Below are positions 60,382 through 64,000 of a DNA stretch of 64,000 nt, in pieces. The notes beneath the pieces were generated by a model that saw only the letters and a program-made list of their open reading frames with translations, was not told the origin of the DNA and did no database searches. Both the position numbers and the translations under genes were made by a program. Every line of letters starts with the position of its first letter. The first letter of the stretch is position 1. Source of the DNA: Candidatus Iainarchaeum sp. (GTDB lineage: Archaea > Iainarchaeota > Iainarchaeia > Iainarchaeales > JAGVWC01); the NCBI GenBank assembly GCA_018304465.1, contig JAGVWC010000009.1, positions 32,001-96,000 of the forward strand. The letters run 5' to 3'.

Positions 60382-60503
60382 TCACGGAATTCGGATTTGC
60401 TTTTTTTACGTCTTTAGAAGCGGTGCATCGCCAGTGAAATAGTAAGCATTGCCTCTTGCCATCAAGGATGGCAAAGTCTCTTGAAGGAACCGTACGAAAT
60501 CGG

Positions 60504-61202
60504 CTATTTTCCGTATCTGCGATCTCGTTCGTTGAATTCGGTAACGGCTTGGTTGAGGTCGTTTTTCTGGATTTCGGGCCAGTATTTGTCCAAAAAATAG
60601 AGTTCGGAGTAGGCGGATTGGTAGGTTAAAAAACCGCTTAGGCGTTTGGTTCCGCTGGTGCGGACAATCAAATCGGGAAACGAAAAATCGGAGTACAGGA
60701 ATCGTTTGAATGTTTCCGTGGTGACGTCCGATAATTTGAGTAATCCTTGTTGGTAATCCGTCGCGATTTTTTTGGCGGCGTCCACGATTTCGTTTTGTCC
60801 GGAGTAACCGATCGCGAGGTTGATGGTGCGGGTTTTGTTATCTTCGGTTTTTTTTTCCAAGTCCGTCATTTTTTCTTTGAGTTTTTTTGGCAACAGATCG
60901 GTTTGCCCGATGAAGCGTAACCGAAGGTTTTGGTCTTCGAAAATCGGATTGGCCGCGGCTTTGTCGAGTTCGCGGTCGAATATTTTGAGAAGCAAATGCA
61001 GTTCGGTTTTGTTTCGCGTCAGATTTTCCAACGAAAGCGTGTAAAAAGTCCCGGTTTTAATGGCGGGATAATCGGATAGCCAGTGCATGACGTCCCACGC
61101 TTTTTGGGTGCCCAAGCGATAGGAATCCACCAGGGAAATACCGTGTTGTTTGGCGAACCGGCGGTTTCCATCCGGAATAAACGCAATAGACGAGAGTTCC
61201 AT
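60504..61202 (-). CDS. uppS: cis-prenyltransferase (polyprenyl diphosphate synthase)
   Basis: IPDGNRR, SLEN, DLIVRTSG, RLSGFL, RRYG. Confidence 0.95.
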   Translation of the reverse strand: MELSSIAFIPDGNRRFAKQHGISLVDSYRLGTQKAWDVMHWLSDYPAIKTGTFYTLSLENLTRNKTELHLLLKIFDRELDKAAANPIFEDQNLRLRFIGQTDLLPKKLKEKMTDLEKKTEDNKTRTINLAIGYSGQNEIVDAAKKIATDYQQGLLKLSDVTTETFKRFLYSDFSFPDLIVRTSGTKRLSGFLTYQSAYSELYFLDKYWPEIQKNDLNQAVTEFNERDRRYGK

Positions 61203-61319
61203 AAATTTGTCTCCGATAAAAACGATTCATTGGTTTTGGTACAATCCTCGAATGGAGTGCCCAATAACCTGCCCTAAATACCTAATAACAACGCTTTTAA
61301 ATTTCGAATGTTGTGGTCT

Positions 61320-61580
61320 ATGAAGGGAACGGATTTGGTTTCACCAAAAGAAGCGGAGCGACAAAAACGCATTGACGCGATTTTGAACCGGATGCAACAG
61401 CAGATTCGGGAAGTAGAAGCCCTCAAAAAAGAACTTGAAACCGAACCCGGAAAAGAGCCTTCTCCAACAGAAGCCAAAAAATTGATTGAAGAAATCAAGG
61501 TTCCGGATTTGGAAGTATTGCCGGACAAAAAAGAAAAGCGGGTTGTGAATTCGTTTGTTATCGAACAAGACCCGCAATGA
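61320..61580 (+). CDS. Small acidic coiled-coil hypothetical protein
   Basis: E/K-rich ORF downstream of a TATA-like TTTTAAAT. Confidence 0.6.
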   Translation: MKGTDLVSPKEAERQKRIDAILNRMQQQIREVEALKKELETEPGKEPSPTEAKKLIEEIKVPDLEVLPDKKEKRVVNSFVIEQDPQ

Positions 61581-61971
61581 AACGATTTGTGAAAACGTGC
61601 GGTTCGCGTCCACTACTTGGCAACGGTTCAAGGGGTTGATGTTCGAGCAGGAAAAAAATTTCGATTATTGTCTCGTGTTTGAATTCGATGGTTCCCACCG
61701 CATCGAAGCGAGTATTCACATGCTGTTTGTTTTTTTTCCGATTGACGCGGTGTATTTGGATGAAAACAAAAAAGTGGTGGACATCAAACGAAATTTGAGA
61801 CCCTTTTCCCTGAATTATACTCCCAAAGCGCCCAGCAAATATTTAATCGAGATTCCAACGCACCTTGCCAGCGCGATTGGGATCGGAGACCAGTTATTTT
61901 GGGAGCTGGATGTCAAAAAGCGGGATGTGCAGCCGTATTTCCCAGCGACTCGAACCGCCGCAGGACTTTGA
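61555..61971 (+). CDS. DUF192 family protein
   Basis: RFKGLMF, IHMLFVFFPID, YLIE. Confidence 0.88.
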   Translation: MLSNKTRNETICENVRFASTTWQRFKGLMFEQEKNFDYCLVFEFDGSHRIEASIHMLFVFFPIDAVYLDENKKVVDIKRNLRPFSLNYTPKAPSKYLIEIPTHLASAIGIGDQLFWELDVKKRDVQPYFPATRTAAGL

Positions 61972-62106
61972 CCGATGGTATGAGTGTCCATCGGCATTAG
62001 TATCCTGGCATTGGGTGCGATCGGGTACGAATATTTCAAAAAATAGTCGTCAACATAACGGGGGCTCAAACACGTTTTTTTAAATCGTTTGCTAAAGAAC
62101 TTGTTC

Positions 62107-62292
62107 ATGGACTTAAGCGGTTATATGAAGCGAAGCCGGTCCTCCGGAATGCGTGTCAATGACCGTGCGCGGTTTTGTTTGAATTGCAGCAAGCAACTCG
62201 ACAAGGAATCCGGGCACTTGTTTTTCCAGGGTTTTTGCAGTCAAAACTGTAAAGACGACTATTTGGAATCGATCCGTTCCGGAAAAGGATAA
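62107..62292 (+). CDS. Small zinc-finger (TRASH-like) protein
   Basis: CLNC...FCSQNC. Confidence 0.6.
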   Translation: MDLSGYMKRSRSSGMRVNDRARFCLNCSKQLDKESGHLFFQGFCSQNCKDDYLESIRSGKG

Positions 62293-62351
62293 ACCGTTTT
62301 TCTGAACCCAATCAACGCATTTTTATTCCTTAACTTCGTTTTCTTTGAAGC

Positions 62352-64000
62352 ATGACTGCTTCACAAACGGATTATTCGTGTCTTTCGGCCGAAGACGCTT
62401 TAAAATCCCTTAAAACAACCGAAAAAGGGCTTTCAAGCGAATGGGCGGAAGTTCGGTTAAAAGAAGTGGGGCCCAACGAACTGGCCAAAAAAAAGAAAAA
62501 TCTGGTTCTTGAAATTCTGGTCGAACAGTTTTCGGACGTCATGGTATTGATTTTGCTGGCAGCCGCGATTCTACTGTTTTTTGTGGTCAACGAAACCTTG
62601 GACGCTGTCGTGATTCTGGCGATTGTCCTGTTGAACGCGCTGGTGGGATTCATTCAGGAATACAAAGCGGAAAACGCCATTGAAGCCATCAAAAAGTTGT
62701 CGGCGTTTTCGGCGCGCGTGTTGCGAAACGGAAAAGTCGTGAACGTCAACGCTGCCGAATTGGTTCCGGGTGACATCATTTTTTTGGAAGCAGGCGACAA
62801 GATTCCGGCGGACGGGCGCATCCTGGAGAGTTTTTCGCTGTTGGTGGACGAATCATCTTTGACGGGAGAATCCACGGTTGTCGAAAAATCTTCGGAACCG
62901 CTTTTACGTCCAACTGATTTGGCGGACAAAAAAAACATGGTGTTTAAACAGACGATTGTCGCGAATGGAAAAGCCACGGTGGCGGTCACGAATACCGGAA
63001 TGACCACCGAAATCGGAAGAATCGCAGGATTGCTTTCCGAAATCGAGTCCGAAGAAACCCCGCTGGTCAAGCGGTTGAAAAAAGCGTCGGTCCAAATCGG
63101 AATTTTTATTACGGTCGTTTCGGCGGGGTTGATTCTGATTGGTCTTTGGCAGGGAAAAGAAGCCATGGAACTGGCGCTGGTTGCGATCAGTTTGGCGGTC
63201 GCCGCGGTTCCGGAAGGATTGCCTGCCATCATTACGATTACGTTGACGATCGGCGCGACGGTCATGAGCAAAAAAAAAGCGATTGTGCGCAAAATCCAGG
63301 CGGTGGAAACGATCGGCAACTGTTCCGTGATTTGTTCGGACAAAACCGGGACTTTGACCAAAAACGAAATGACGGTCACGCGGGTTTTTTCTTCGTCAGG
63401 AGAATTCGTTGTTTCGGGAAGCGGTTTTGACGTCCAAGGCGCGTTTTTTTCGGGAACCAAAAAAGTGTCGGTGGAAAAAGAACCGGAATTGGATTGGCTT
63501 TTGAAAGCCGTGGTGTTGGCCAACGACGCCACGTTTTCGGCGACCGAACAACGCGGGGATTCGACGGAATTGGCGTTGCTGGTGGCCGCGTACAAAGCGG
63601 GATTAAAACAAGACGAATTATCGTCCCGGTTCGAGGTGTTTGAACAAAACCCGTTTAACACCGAGCGAAAAGCGATGAGCGTGCAGGCGCGGCAAGAAGG
63701 ACGACACTTCGTGTTCGTGAAAGGAAGCGGAGAAACGATTTTGGAAAAAAGCGACCGGATTTTCGTGAACGGAAAAGAAATCGCTTTGTCGGAGGAATGG
63801 AAAAAGAAAATGCTGTTTCAAAACGCGGAAATGGCGTCCCTTGGATTACGCGTTTTGGGCGTGGGAATGATTGAAAGCAAATCGCCGGTTCCCAAAGAAA
63901 AAATGGAGGAAAACGTGGTGTTTTTGGGTTTAGTGGGAATGATCGACGCCGCACGACCCGAAGCAAAAGAATCCATTGCCAAGTGTCATCACGCGGGAAT
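62352..64000 (+). CDS. P-type cation-transporting ATPase (type II, Ca2+-like), 3' end outside window
   Basis: Hand translation: GPNEL, QEYKAE, DESSLTGES, VPEGLP, CSDKTGTLT, KGSGE, GMID. Confidence 0.93.
   Translation, partial: MTASQTDYSCLSAEDALKSLKTTEKGLSSEWAEVRLKEVGPNELAKKKKNLVLEILVEQFSDVMVLILLAAAILLFFVVNETLDAVVILAIVLLNALVGFIQEYKAENAIEAIKKLSAFSARVLRNGKVVNVNAAELVPGDIIFLEAGDKIPADGRILESFSLLVDESSLTGESTVVEKSSEPLLRPTDLADKKNMVFKQTIVANGKATVAVTNTGMTTEIGRIAGLLSEIESEETPLVKRLKKASVQIGIFITVVSAGLILIGLWQGKEAMELALVAISLAVAAVPEGLPAIITITLTIGATVMSKKKAIVRKIQAVETIGNCSVICSDKTGTLTKNEMTVTRVFSSSGEFVVSGSGFDVQGAFFSGTKKVSVEKEPELDWLLKAVVLANDATFSATEQRGDSTELALLVAAYKAGLKQDELSSRFEVFEQNPFNTERKAMSVQARQEGRHFVFVKGSGETILEKSDRIFVNGKEIALSEEWKKKMLFQNAEMASLGLRVLGVGMIESKSPVPKEKMEENVVFLGLVGMIDAARPEAKESIAKCHHAG

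Noticed and set aside
61969-62047. UGA-as-Trp recoding (DUF192 frame continues as a TM-like segment across two TGAs; also one TGA in the LAGLIDADG gene)
   Set aside because: Many intact genes end in TGA with ATGA overlaps and use TGG for Trp, so gene remnants are the simpler explanation.
62654-63661. 335-aa minus-strand ORF (likewise 43037-44044, 24428-25096, 13732-14436)
   Set aside because: Antisense shadows of well-supported genes, with no motifs.

Overview
Archaeal window. The gene content suggests a small-genome DPANN archaeon, possibly Iainarchaeota/Diapherotrites-like (inference): a BHB-intron tRNA, geranylgeranyl reductase, dolichol-phosphate glycosyltransferases and TATA-driven near-leaderless genes. 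1-33.3 kb is a large surface-glycan locus with GT4/GT2/GT-C enzymes, UPF0104 flippase-like proteins, ugd, rmlB/rmlA, epimerases, an aminotransferase and methyltransferases. It contains an unexpected ACP/AcpS/FkbH/ketoreductase/MaoC/acyltransferase module. 33.4-38 kb is housekeeping (apt, mtaP, GGR, ogt, DAHP synthase). 38.2-44.5 kb holds surface proteins, including a 1252-aa anchored glycoside hydrolase, plus a ~280-nt highly structured intergenic element that looks like an unassigned ncRNA. 47.2-59.4 kb is an island at the 3' end of tRNA-Gln(CTG). Four same-orientation copies of the tRNA 3' end, with shared inverted-repeat arms, cut it into 2.3-4.1 kb cargo units; only the tRNA-proximal unit carries a (frameshifted, atypical) tyrosine recombinase. 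The window ends with a decayed LAGLIDADG gene, uppS, DUF192 and a partial P-type ATPase. All calls come from motif reading by eye; no searches or folding programs were run.
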